From Eledone cirrhosa (Eukaryota), in NCBI GenBank assembly GCA_964016885.1, contig OZ024742.1, positions 69,192,001 to 69,256,000 of the forward strand: a DNA stretch of 64,000 bases. Direction: 5' to 3'. How positions within the stretch are numbered: the first letter of the stretch is position 1; every line of letters starts with the position of its first letter. The notes under the pieces are model-generated. The model did no database searches. It worked only from the letters and a program-made list of their open reading frames with translations, and was not told the origin of the DNA. Positions 40,275 to 54,236 of this stretch are shown here, piece after piece. The position numbers and the translations under genes are program-made.

Positions 40275-41690
40275 AATCCCACCCCCGGTCACCCTCCTCC
40301 AACTAACAATACTAACATCCCCACCCCTCTCCCTATCACGCACACACCCACCTGTATATATATACACGCACTCACACTATCCACACACCCTACTACCACC
40401 ACTAACCCTCACCCACACATCTACTCCCACCACCCCACAACTAATACCACCAACATCCCCGACCCCACGCACACGAACACACACCTTCCCACACACACCC
40501 ACCCACACCTACATACACCACCCACTCCACACACCCAACCACCACTAACACACCCGCATTCAACCCTTTCCCCACCACCAGTATACTAACACCCACTAAC
40601 ACCCCCTTTACCACACACACACTCATCCAAACACGCACATACACACCAGTACACTACACTCCCTCCACATCCCCAACACCTTTTCTCTCCCTCTCCCTCT
40701 CCCCGCTCCACCTACACCCCTTCGCACACACACACATCCCACTAACACCTCTACTAATACACATTCCATCCCCCCGCATGACTCCCTCCCACTCCACCTT
40801 TCAAACCTACCCATCCTCTCCCCTGTCCACCGCACCTCCGCACACACAGTCCTCACCACACACTGACATTCTCCACCTGACATTTTCCTCTACTGCTATC
40901 CCTTCATCCTGCCTTGGCGCTCTGACCACTTTCTGCTGCGCGCGTACCCCACATCTCCCCACTACCGACCACCACAACCAACGGATTATACACCACCGGT
41001 CATCGTTCCAGCTATCCACTCCATAATATGAAAAATATCCAGCACCTCATCGCACACTCCACGGAACTACCTTAGGAACTTACCCACGGACATACACTCA
41101 CAATTTTTTTTCGAACCACGCCACCTACATCCACACCACGTATAAACACCAACACACACCTGCGTACCCTCACATATACACACTAAACCTCCGGAATCCT
41201 CCCCCCCTCTGACCTCTCCCCATCCACACACACGCACACGCAGGCCTACACCCCTTCACACGCACCTTTTCCTGAACATGGAACCTCGTTCTTCCCCCAA
41301 ATCTCACATTCACATACACACACAGACACACACACGTACACCTACACACATACACAAACACCACCTTAAGCCCTCCCCGCTTGGATTCCCGCCTCCCTCT
41401 CCCTACTCCACCGCTACCACCCCTACACGCCCCACACCCTTCCACCACTTGTTTATCTTTATGTTTATTTTTATTTTTATTTGTACCCCTTCCACCGTTT
41501 TTCCTCCCTTTTCTCTCCCTCCTCTTTTTTCTAAATGTGTCTCCACCACTCCCACACACACCCTCGGAACTCTCTTCCTACCCACTTTTCTCCTGAAGAA
41601 GGGCTTATGCCCCCTCACTCTCAAGAGCGTGAAACTAATAAACCTTTGTTTGTACTGCCTCTCTGTTTTTGTTCCCGTCCCAGTTTTCAC
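40275..41690 (+). mobile_element. Solo C-rich pLTR of the Neptune-type PLE family (HHR partly deleted)
   Basis: Collinear with 15700-17100; CTGAAGAAGGGCTTATGCCC at ~41593 lacks the following GAAAC. Confidence 0.8.
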
Positions 41691-41762
41691 TATATATATA
41701 TATATATATATATAATGAAATGACAGGAGGCTGGATTTGTGTAAATCCTTGAAAGGTTTATT

Positions 41763-41820
41763 ATACTATGATCATTTCAATGACCGGGTTCCGTATGAAT
41801 CCGGTGATATCATCAGGTAT
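41763..41820 (-). ncRNA. Type I hammerhead ribozyme with an intact core
   Basis: AUAC-CUGAUGA-UAUC ACCGG..CCGGU CAUU-GAAA-UGAUCA-UA-GUAU, with palindromic stem III AUGAUCAU. Confidence 0.75.
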
Positions 41821-42934
41821 TCGAAATATAATACGTGAATGTAATAGATAAAATCCATGGGGCTTAAAATCGAGGGCCCGAGGGCGACCGCTATTCTGTT
41901 CCTTCAACCTCAGCCGGTCGCCCTCGAAATGCTTTCGATAATACATCTCAATTAGGGCTGACATGAAGCTGCACAAAAGAAAGAAACAAAAAAAAAAAAA
42001 CGATATCAAGCCAGTTTGTTTGCTGTGGTTCTTGGCACCAGATATATCAGCCAAATGTTTCTCATATCTTATCTATTTAAAAGAAAGGGTATATATATAT
42101 AGTGTACCCCGACATTCGCGGTCCCGGTTATTCGTGGGGGTTTTCCCTAGACCGTACTAAATGAGAATGAGGTCAAAGTGTACATGGTTGTACACTTTGA
42201 CCTCATTCTCCGCACCCAAATCTAACGTGGATTACAGCACATGTACCACATGATAATACGACAATGTATGATTGTATCCCCTAATCTCTACACTTACATC
42301 TAATGTAAATCCAATACCTACACATACATATGAACATATTCAAAACCCACTCACTCATTCATAAAATATACTTATAAATATTATCTTTATAATATTAAAA
42401 CACACCATTAGAATAGACCAATTGTATATATGGATACAACATATCTCTCACTTTTTAAATTAATATTCTCTCACTTTAACACATTTATAATTCTCACATT
42501 ATATTATAGATACTCTCAAAATATATAATTAAATAATTAAATAATTAAATATAATTATTTCACTCTCTCTACACCCTCACAAATATGCTCCTTACAATTT
42601 ATATACATATATCAATATTAATAGTCTATTTTTAATTCTAATATACTTTTTTTTCTTTTATTCTTTTCTTAAATTTCTTCCACCCTAATAATAACCTCTA
42701 TCTCCTCTTCCCTTAAAATAATAATCCTAATAATTATTTAAATTTACCTAGCGTCTAAATATAACGATCTTTTTCAATTTTAAGGTTACTCTCATTAGCA
42801 TATTCATCCTATGATTTGAAATTCCTTTTCACTATTCAAACAGAACTAAAAACGATAAGTTCTTGTTTTGAATATGTCACTATCTGTAAAACAACTTTTA
42901 TATTTTATCTGGTACCCTTGAAATATATATAATA

Positions 42935-43527
42935 CTAGCAGTGGTACCCGGCGTTGCACGGGATAAGGCATTTTGGAACGCCGGCCGCCAATAGACCTAA
43001 TCATGGAAAAACTGCATGCCTGGACAATATGTAAAGAAAATAAACCCAATACTCTGATGGCTGGATAATCTTTAAGATTTTCCTCGATGAAGCAGGACAA
43101 ATGCAGGTTTTCACCTAATGCGGGCCCTAGGGGATCAAGAAAGTGAATTTTTTTAATGTGCATAGTTGAAAACAGTCGGTAGGGTGATTCTCTACAATAC
43201 TAAGCGGTAAATTAGTAACTTTTGTTCTCGTAAAAGCACATAAGTAAACAAACTGAAGCTGTTACAGCAAGACATATTATAAGGGTGCGACGTTATATGT
43301 ATGTATCTATCTAAAAAGAGAAAGACTAAGAATTATAGAGCGAGATCGCTAAATCACCTAATGTGGTCCTTAGGGCATAGAAAATTTGAAATTTTCTTTG
43401 CTCAGAACATTCCCTGAAACATAAGTATTACATGTGTAAAGTTTGAAAACAGTCGGTTGGGTGGTTCTCGAGTTTTAGGGATTCGAACTCACACACACAC
43501 AGACATCCTCAGTTATATATATATAGA
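42935..43527 (-). mobile_element. Non-autonomous Helitron-like element
   Basis: Minus strand 5' TCTATATATATATAACTGAGGATGTCTGT; 3' hairpin CCCG-TGCAACGC-CGGG, then CTGCTAG; inserted at A|T. Confidence 0.75.
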
Positions 43528-43562
43528 TAATAAATATGTTTTATAAAGATAGTTTCAATTTA

Positions 43563-43611
<49 letters not shown>

Positions 43612-44382
43612 TGGAAAATGTGTGAGATCCTTGGTACAGTTAGGTATATTTGGAAAAAAGGACAAGAATGACTTCACTTGTAGTGTTAAAAAATTTGATT
43701 TAATTTTATAATATAATATTATGAGTTGGTAGATCTAGTAAGTTCTTTGTTAACTTCGGTGGGAAGAATTTTAAAGATTCCTGGTTAACTTTTGTTGGAG
43801 AACTTTCTCGCATTCGTCTGTGGCGATTGTCAAACTGAGATCAGGTTGTGTTGAGATGTATGACTATATATAAGAGAGATTTGTATGTGTCTGGAGTGTG
43901 GTGTTAATGAGTGTTGATTATGATGAAGATTTGGAGGAATTAAATCATACATACACACACACGTACACACACACACATACACACACATATATATACACTC
44001 AGAAATGGTGAGGTTGCAAGATAAGGGTGTTTGACAAGGTGGTTGTAAACATCCTCTCCTGCTGGTTTTATTTCATTAGCTGACCTTTGATGAGTATATA
44101 ATGGCATAGCTGAATCAACTCGCTTAAATTTATAAAGAATATCTTCTACAAATTTCTATATCAAAGATGAATTTAGGTGCTTGTTTTAATGAGGTGTAAG
44201 ATATATGTCTTTTGATAAGAATGGGATGACAGGAAAAAGAGAAAAGATGTGTTGTTGATATTGGTTTGGGAGAGGAAGTGTGTATGTGTGTCTGTGTGTG
44301 GGGGGGGGACATGCTAGCTCACATATTCACTTCCCTATATGTAAATATATCTACAGTCCATATATATTACATACATACACAT

Positions 44383-44417
<35 letters not shown>

Positions 44418-44572
44418 CATACACACATGTATATATATATATATTTTATATACACTATATATATATCCTATACATATACCACATATATATCCCACACATA
44501 TATCATACACATCCTATATATACACTATACATATCCTATATACACATTATATATATCCCATATATATATATC

Positions 44573-44610
<38 letters not shown>

Positions 44611-44612
<2 letters not shown>

Positions 44613-45810
44613 CAAGTGCTTCCTTAAAATACCACACCTGGGCGAGAAAACCACCAACGCTATCCGCAAGGCTATACGGAGGGAGGGCCTCGACATCCAC
44701 CTGGCCCACTCGGGCCCCTCCCTGCGAAGATGCCTCTCCAGGAAAACCGAAAAGTCTACTGACGCATGCTCCCTCAGAGACTGCCCGATACGCCATACTA
44801 ACTGTTGCCTACGCACATACGTCGTGTATAAAATAGAATGTGACAGGTGCAACCAATACTACATAGGTAGCACAATTCGACCTTTGCACATCAGGATCAA
44901 GGAACACATTAAAACCAGGGCCTCGTCTTTCCGGAAACACATAGACAAATGCGGAAACAAAGACGGAAGGCCCATTGTCACAATTTTAGCGACTGAAAGA
45001 AACGTCGGCACGTTACGTATTAAGGAAGGGCTTCTTATCAAACGCCTACAACCGCAATTAAACAACCGCCTAGAGAGAAGCGAAATGAAATGGCTGGTTT
45101 AAGTTAATAAGCGATGCAACAACACACGCACACACACACACACACGCACACGCAAACGAGACAACTATACACACACACGCACACACACACACAATAGCAT
45201 TCCACCATACGAACATACCACACTGCCAAAACAGATGAACAAGACAACTACACACGCACACACACACTCAAGCGAGACAACAACACACGCACACACACAC
45301 ACAGTAACATTTAACAAGCAGGCAGAGAATGGACTGACAGCTAGCGCCATCCCACTCCCTCATTCGGCCGTTGACTTCTGTCAGCCGGCCCCATTTCGTG
45401 CGCACGCGCGCCCGACCGAATACCTCAGATATTCAAACCACAAACAGCGTAAGACGCGTTCCGAATTGTCCGACAGACAACCTTTTCCCCCACCCCGGAA
45501 AAAACCCCCCAGTTGATGGATGTGAATCCGAAATATATAGGGATTATTAAATCTCTCCCAAGGTAACTCTCTCTCTCTCTTGTGTTGTTATTATTATTTT
45601 TACCCTTTCACTATTCCCTTCATTCTACACATCTCACACATCTTATACACACCACGCATCTCAACGTACACCCACTTACATATCTCTCTCTCTCCTACAC
45701 CGGACCCTGTTACCCGGAGATTTACCCATTTGCATTGTCGAGGCTTCCAAACGACTTATAAATATTTACTTATTGTTCCACAATGCTTCAAGCAAACTTC
45801 AATACTCTCT
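44611..45810 (+). mobile_element. PLE 3' fragment with an intact GIY-YIG domain (to 45102) and pLTR
   Basis: CSLRDCPI..CC..YVVYKIECDRCNQYYIGSTIRPLHIRIKEH..IKEGLLIKRLQPQLN. An HHR-like GGAT GTGA ATCC-GAAA-TATA-TA lies at ~45510-45542. Confidence 0.9.
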
Positions 45811-45981
45811 TATATATATATATATATATATATATAAGGGTTGACGGACCCAGCATATTTATCAATGCCAGTACCGGTTGTATCTCAGCGCACTCCATGG
45901 GCAATGTGAGATACATTACCAGAGTATACACAAAGTTATTTGCTTCAACACAACACACGTAAAACGGGTGCCTATAAGGTT

Positions 45982-46091
45982 CCCGGGCTCGAGTTTCTGC
46001 CGCACTAATGCAGCAGTAAGGTGCACTGCACCATCTGTCTGCATATATTATGCAAGAATGCACAATCGGCTTATGCGGCTTCATCAGCGGG
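45982..46091 (-). ncRNA. Type I HHR with an enlarged stem II, inside an ORF-less 835-bp-period element (45834-46692)
   Basis: CCCG-CUGAUGA-A GCCGCA...UGCGGC A-GAAA-CUCGAG-CC-CGGG; the cleavage triplet appears mutated GUC>GCC. Confidence 0.65.
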
Positions 46092-46754
46092 TATCGCCTA
46101 ATCAATAACCAATCGATCGACAGAATCCTAAGACCAGTCTATGCCGGCCATGACTGTGACGACTGACACGGTAAAGCTATTAGCAACTGGCACCCGATAG
46201 GACTTTATCTCTCAACTAACCACTGATTTACAAATTTTACGTGGGGACGGGAAGCTATAAAGAATCAATCTTTTCGTTCCTGTCAGAAGCCCTCAGCCAA
46301 CGTGTCTCACACACAAATTATCAAGGGGTAAAAAGATGGCCATTAGAAATAGCAGTTCACATTGATATAAAAGAGAATGGTAGCATTTGGTTCATGTCTC
46401 CAAGCCCCACGGTTAGAGGAAAGCGATGATAACAATGGTAGAACCTTTAACGGACTTTAAATGCCATCATCCATTATATAGCAATATAGTAGCGAGCTGA
46501 AATGTGTCAGCCGCGTGCGTAGATAACCAGTCTATTTCACAATTTAAAAGAGTGAGAGACAAAATTAATAGCAGGAAAAAAGAGTGCATATCAAAACAAA
46601 AACACAATAAAAAGTGAAAAATTGTTTAACTTACTCTCAATAGTCCGCTAGTTGGGAGATAATAATAATAAGGGTTCACGGACCCAGCATATATATATAT
46701 ATCCCATACACACACATATATTTTATATATACATACATACATATATACACATAC

Positions 46755-46785
<31 letters not shown>

Positions 46786-47007
46786 CACATATATATATAC
46801 ATATACATATACATACACATACATATATTCCATACATTTTATATATACATATATACATACACATATATATTCCATATATACACATTTTATATATCCTATA
46901 TATATATTTTTATATATACATATATATATTACACATATATATATATACATATAAACATATTATACATATATCCACATATACACACACATATATATACACA
47001 TACATAC

Positions 47008-47067
<60 letters not shown>

Positions 47068-47389
47068 TACACATACGCACGTGCATACATACATACACAT
47101 GCACACATACACATAAACATGTACACACATATCTGTATACCTACAGACACATATATAAAAAATAACACACATATATGTACACACATCTACTCAAGTGTTT
47201 AAGTTCCTATATACATTGGTGTGGGGAAGGGGAAATTAATGACATTTTATTGTACCTCTGAGGGTTTTTCTTCTCTTCAGCGATCGAATGTTTGAAAGTA
47301 CGGGAGTCATCAACTATTTTTCTTTTTCAATATGAGATTTTTTTAAAAGAAAAGAGAGGGGGAGAATCCCGTTACTTGAAGATGGAATA

Positions 47390-48200
47390 TCACTTTTTTG
47401 TGTTCAGTAGTGGTTTGTATTTTCTAATAAATAATTCTTCTTCATACATTCGGAAATGTTCGTTGTCCGACCATATCTGAAAGAAGGGGAAAATTGTGAA
47501 ATTTCCCTTTCCGCATCTTGCGAGGTGTTCACAGCATGTGGTGTTTCTGACAGAGGGGTCTCTAATTTGTTGTTTCTGTACTCGAACTCTGTCATGTAGA
47601 CCCGTTCCGGTTTCACCAATGTCGTATTCTTTACATTGTGGGCAGGTTGCACAGTAAATCAAATTTTTTGTTTTGCAATTCATGTTTGCATTAACTGTGA
47701 AAAACTGGTTGTTTTTAAAGGAAATTAGTCCACCCTCTTCAATATGTTCGCAATTCCGCATCGAGAGTCCCCGCATTTCTTAACTTGCATTGCTTCATTA
47801 TTAGACGTAAATGGCGGCGGATTGGCAGTATCGGTAGAGGGTCGGACGCCATGCTTTCCAGCATAGTTACGTCCCTTTATGATCTGAGTTCAAATCCCGC
47901 CGAGGTTAACTTTACCTTTCATCATTACGGGGTCGATAAAATAAAGTACCAGTAATGCACTGGGATAATTGCTGGCCTTGTGCCTAAAGTAGAAACAATT
48001 ATTAGACGTAAATTTTGCCTTGGTAAGCAGTTTCTTTAGGTTGGGTGCTTGACGTCTACTATATATAATTTGTGCGTCTTTTATGAGTGCATTTATTTTA
48101 AGGGAGTGCTGGAGAATCGGGAGATATTGTTTGGCGGCTTTCACAATATTGAAGTTCCTTGGATTGTGAGTGATGACAAAAGGGATAACTGTTTTTTCCA
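47390..48200 (-). mobile_element. PLE linker and GIY-YIG fragment interrupted by a SINE
   Basis: [46 protein letters not shown] and ELFIRKYKPLLN. Confidence 0.88.
47813..47997 (+). mobile_element. Full-length Meta-domain SINE with a target-site duplication
   Basis: ATTATTAGACGTAAAT occurs at both 47797-47812 and 47998-48013. Confidence 0.92.
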
Positions 48201-48394
48201 GTGTGTAAAATGTATATATATATGTAAAAAAGAATATATATATATGTGTGTATATGATTGTGTGCATGTATAAAATATGTATAATATATATGTATGTATA
48301 GTGTGTATGTGTATGTGTGTATAAGATATATATATGTATATATATATAGAATATATATATATGTGTGTTTGTATAATATGCATGTATGTGTATA

Positions 48395-48450
<56 letters not shown>

Positions 48451-48455
48451 TGTAA

Positions 48456-48505
<50 letters not shown>

Positions 48506-49064
48506 TATACTCATAATATTATATTATAAAATTAAATCAAATTTTTTAACACTACAAGTGAAGTCATTCTTTTCCTTTTTTTCAAATATATATATTATAT
48601 GTGAGGCATGCATAAAAGGATACACAATATTGAATTTTGCCGCAAATGTATATAATAACATCGAATAGAAATAATGTACATACCTGCATATACGTGAAAA
48701 CATTTATTATGTATCGGCGGTGAATATATATATTGTTGCGACTGTATTTCATTTTATAAAATCACGAGATTTTTGTTTAAACAAACTGTACTGGCTTAGT
48801 CAGAGTGAGAAAAGTCATGCAACCCGTCTAGTTAATTTGAATCATTATCACGAGGTTTTTCCTAAAAATAGTTCTTCGTAGAGGTGGGCGGTCTGTAGAG
48901 ATTCAACATCTTCAACGAGTGCAAAGGTACTTCATTAGACACTTAGGAATACATACAACAATAGATTAGGCAATGAGGGTGGCAAACTTCTTAGACGTGA
49001 CCTTGGAACTTGATACCAACCTTGATCGCCCATATCGCCTTTTTTTCTCGTTTCTCTCTCTGGC

Positions 49065-49990
49065 TAGCATGGTCATTTTTAGTATAAGATGTATAAATGT
49101 ACGTGGTATGGGTCATCGTGGAAGGATAGTCGCTTATTTAACGACCTCAAATAAATATCTATAAATTTGACTGCTATCAGTGAGACACACATGCATTAGA
49201 ACCCAGGATTTACAACGCATCTCTTAGTCGATCTGGAATCGGATACCTAGCAGTGCTGTTTCGGAAAGGCCTGAATATCGAAATACTGACGATCTTCCTG
49301 GACCCGGACAGTAAGTTACTGATCCTGTAGATGAACAATAGCTAATGTGGTGTTATTTTTAGAATGGTGGATGTCAATGGCCCAATTGTGGTAGAGCAGA
49401 TGGATTTCTTCAGCCGGCTGCAAGAGTTTCTTGGAACATCTCACCCTTTACTGTTAGCTGGGGACTGAAACGGCATCTTAGACGCACACTGGAACTGTGA
49501 AGGAGTGGCCGATATAAGTAGGGAGTGAAAAACCTTCCAGAATCTTATCAGACGATTCCAACTGTCTGGCAGGTACCCACTAAATATCCCAAATGCACCT
49601 GTGTGGAAATGGATCAATCGCATACGATCATCAAGATCGTCAACAACAGGTGGTGGTGTGCTCACAAGTGAGAGATAAGAGTTAGAAAGGTGTCAATTGA
49701 AGAGGAAAACTAGGGTGGTGGGGGAAGTGCTGCCTTCCAACCAGTTTGTTGGAAGGTGGGTGAGGGTGGAGAATATATCCTGAGAGTATGCCTGTAGGTT
49801 GGAGGAGAGAAATTTGAAGGGGACACTAGCCCATGTGGTTAGAGTAATTGTGGCTTCTTGTAAGCTTTCTCCACGAGTAGTCCTCAGAGGTCTCTTCACT
49901 TTTGGGGGATTTGTTTTGTGCAAATTTTTAAATGTTTATTATTTTAGAATTTATTATAGCCCTTTTGTTACACACAAAGACCCACACTAT
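49065..49990 (+). mobile_element. Internally deleted Tx1/L1-like element (APE endonuclease joined to the ORF2 C-terminus and 3' UTR)
   Basis: MVIFSIRCINVRG, AISETH, LLAGD*NGILD and WKWIN; 49680-49985 aligns with 1250-1570. Confidence 0.75.
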
Positions 49991-50674
49991 AGCGCCACTA
50001 CGCTGTTGATGTTTGTGGACAAGGGTGTGGATTTAGCACGTGGCAGCGATTCTTCCGGCTCATCTTGTTGTCAGTGTATTATTTTGTTGTAGCTGCCTGT
50101 GACAACTAGCACAAGGCCCAAAGAAAGGAAGTACCGTACTTGAGACCAAGTCAGAGAACACACGCACGCCGGGCACGCGCACACACATATGCATGTTTTA
50201 ACACATACTCAGACACTAGTGCATACGCATGGGAGCACAAAATACACACACATATACAATTATGCAAAATAACTAGAAAAGATATTAAACAGCACATGTA
50301 TATATAGCGATAAGAGGCGTGATGCTTAGAGATGTGAATTGTTTCTAGCCAAATCACCACGTCTAATGAACAGATCCATACTTGAGACAGGTCCATCATA
50401 TCCATACGGCCCACGATCCAATTATCTGCAATGCGTCCGTAACTATCGATGATAAATAAACAAGTTAAATGTCGTCGCGTTAAAATTAATACATTAACTC
50501 TGCTATGGTCGTATTGGTGCCATCTCCTGTACCAGCCACTGGATATCACATCTATGGTGGAGGATTTGCATAATGTTAAGTATTTTAATTAATTTGTTGC
50601 ATCTTCATATACCAACCCGAACCATCAGTTCTACCCATTGGTAAACAGCCTAACACAATGAGATATATATATAT

Positions 50675-52676
50675 ATGCATATCACCAGCTGTTTTCAAAA
50701 GCAATAATAATTTTATTCAGAATTAGTAGTATGTTAGTATCATGTCCTTATTTGGAGGTTGTTGAAGAACTAACGAATCAAATTGTTTTTTTCATATGGT
50801 GTTAAGATGAAAAATAATACACTTTAGTTGAGGTCATGACCCTTTGAAAGGAATGGTTGAATGGTGTTAATAGTAGAATTGGCATACAAATCTATTAGGA
50901 GGAAAGGTATTGTCAAACTGATAGTTGAATGTATCTGGTATAGTGAAGTTAAAAAGAATGTCAAAATAAATGGTGATTAGTGTTGTATTGAGTTTTTAGG
51001 TGAATATAAATTAAGGTTATGGCTAGGAAAGATAGTATATTAAAAAATGAAAATTATAATAAGATAATGAAATACAGTAATGCGATAATATACAACTTAA
51101 CCAACACAATATAGTACGGTGTAGTAAATTGCACTTAGTATAATATAGCATATGATACGCTCTAAAATACTATCAAGTATATTTATGCATAAATAATCAA
51201 ACTCAGATAAATACATGTTGGCATAGTTAAAACACCATAGTTAAAACACCATAAATCTGCCTTTAACTCGAACCCATCTATTAGACTGATATGTCCACCA
51301 AAATCTGATATCGGTAATATCAGCAAAAAGATTATTGATCGTATCATTCCGCAAATTAGAAAATTTGTAACACTTCCACTATGGGATAACACTTCCCAAT
51401 TATTGAATGGTTCACTAGCATTGGGAATAAAAACTCAGCTTCATTCATTCAATTCGACATCGATTAATACTAATCTTCGATTTCTCCAATTCTTTTAAAC
51501 AAAGCACTGATCTTTGCCAGAAATAGATCGGATTTATCTACTGAGGAAATCAACATCATAACTCACGCTAGAAAAACCTTACTAAACTTCCAAGAAGAAT
51601 ACTGGACAAGAAACACATATAACAACTTATTCGATATTACGATGGGATCCATGGACTCTGCTTAAGTTACAGACCTCGTTGGACTATTTCTCCTCTATAA
51701 CATTCATGACTCTTTTCCCCACCTCAAAGGTGGTCTTTATCGGGATGATTGTCTATTGTTATCTAACAATCTTAGCAATTCCAATATAGAGAAAAACAAA
51801 AAAACAAATTAGAAAATTCCTCAAAGACTATTACAACCTTAGCATCACTTTTGAAAACACTTCAAAAGTAGCTAATTACCTTGACGTTACCTTAGACTTC
51901 TCTACGAATACTTATCAATACTTATCAACCTTACCACAAACCTAACCAGAATCTACATTATGTACATTCACGATCTAACCACCCTGGCTCTATACTCAAG
52001 AACTTAGTATATAACATATCTGTTAGACTTTCTAAATTATCTTCCAATGAAGATATATTTTATAATAATGCACCCTTCTACAACGAGGCCTTAACTAGAC
52101 GTGGATATAAAGAAAAAATCTCATATATCCCCAACACTACGATGGACCAAAACATAAAACTTAGCAAAAACTACAAACACCAAAAAATACCATTGAAACA
52201 AATACCTAAAGTGGTTATTCCTATTACACCAAACAACCAAAAAACCACAACAACTATTACTACACGATCTATGACCAATGTTATCAACCCACATATGAAT
52301 ACCAAGCACTAAAAAACTCATAATCTACCCAAACATAACACCAAATACAACCACAGTAATTTACCAAATTCCACAAATAAGGATACTAACCATAGGAATT
52401 CTTCTAGAACACAACACAATAATATGTGGTAATAAGAACTTAACTAAAAACCGCAAAAGAAACATAACATGGTACAACGCACCCTTCAACCTGCAAACTA
52501 TTGGACAAATCCCCAAAACATTCTTTGAAATTCTACATAAACATTTTCCACCAAACCACAGATACCACCAAATATTTAACAAATATACTGTTAAATTCTC
52601 ATACTCTACATCAAGCAATCTCCAGTAAAAAGTAAGCAAGTGCGTGTACATGTATGAGGAGTGTACATACACACGC

Positions 52677-52752
<76 letters not shown>

Positions 52753-53589
52753 GTATGTATATGTGTGTATATAAATATATGTATATATGTGGGTATAGGT
52801 GTGTATGTGGGGATATAGATATGAATGGATATGTGTGTATATGATTATGTGCATATCTGTAAATGTGTTTTTAGGTTTGCATCTATTTGTGCGTATGTAT
52901 ATTTTTGGTTGGATATCAATATAACTGTACCTCTCTATATATAGTGTGGATATATGCACTTTGTAATCTATGAAATTTATGTGATTTACCTATGCCAACA
53001 TGTATTTATCTGAGTTTGATTATTTATGCATAAACATACTTGATAGTATTTTAGAGCGTATCGTATGCTATATTATACTAAGTGCAATTTACTACACCGT
53101 ACTATATTGTGTTGGTTAAGTTGTATGTTATCGCATTACTGTATTTCATTATCTTATTATAATTTCATTTTTTAATATACTATCTTTCCTAGCCATAACC
53201 TTAATTTATATTCACCTAAAAACTCAATACAACACTAATCATCATTTATTTTGACATTCCTTTTAAATTCACTATACCAGATACATTCAACTATCAGTTT
53301 GACAATACCTTTCCTCCTAATAGATTTTTATGCCAATTCTACTATTAACACCATTCAACCATTCCTTTCAAAGAGTGATGACCTCAACTAAAGTGTATTA
53401 CTTTTCATCTTAACACCATATGAAAAAAAAACAATTTGATTCGTTAGTTCTTCAACAGCCTCCAAATAAGGACATGATACTAACATACTACTAAAGATAA
53501 GGACATGATACTAACATACTACTAATTCTGAATAAAATTATTATTGAATAAAATTATTATTGCCTTTGAAAACAGCTGGTGATATGCAT
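50675..53589 (+). mobile_element. PLE RT pseudogene (~51230-52630) flanked by ~550-bp inverted repeats
   Basis: LKHHKSAFNSNPSIRLICPPKSDIG, FIQFDI, FDITMGS, GGLYRDDCL, NYLDVTLD, SNHP and WYNAPF; arms at 50675-51226 and 52990-53589. Confidence 0.88.
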
Positions 53590-53742
53590 GTAAGTAAATA
53601 TTCTCTTTATCTGATATTTTGTAACTAACCTTACATAAATCAATAACGAAGTATAGCTACAATGTATTATTATCACCTAGAAACGATTGTAAAGCAGTGA
53701 AGTATATATCTAATGACTTGATTTTTTATTTCATTGTTTTAA

Positions 53743-53814
<72 letters not shown>

Positions 53815-54236
53815 AGAGAGATAAACACAAATATAAACATACGTGTTCGAATTGTAAAGGACCAGGTTTGCTAGGGTGAAAAAATACTAACTATAACAAT
53901 ATGGTTTGCCAGACTTATATATATATATAGAGAGAGAGAGAGGGAGAGAGAAAGAGAGAGAGAGAGAGGGGAGAGAGGTAGTTCCACAACAGTTAGCTCA
54001 CCATATCGAGAACAAATGTTTCACCTTATGCGGATCCTCAGCTCGGTCTGAATGATGTTGTACGGAATAGGAAAAACAACCGTACAAATACGCATGTACA
54101 GAAGCAGTCACTTCTCCTGGGCGAGGAAAACCCACGAGCGATCGATGTAAGGGAGATAACTGTAGATATCCGGAATAAATTATTCAATTTATTTAGAATC
54201 TTATAGATTGTTGATGTTAGTCAGAATCTTATAAAT

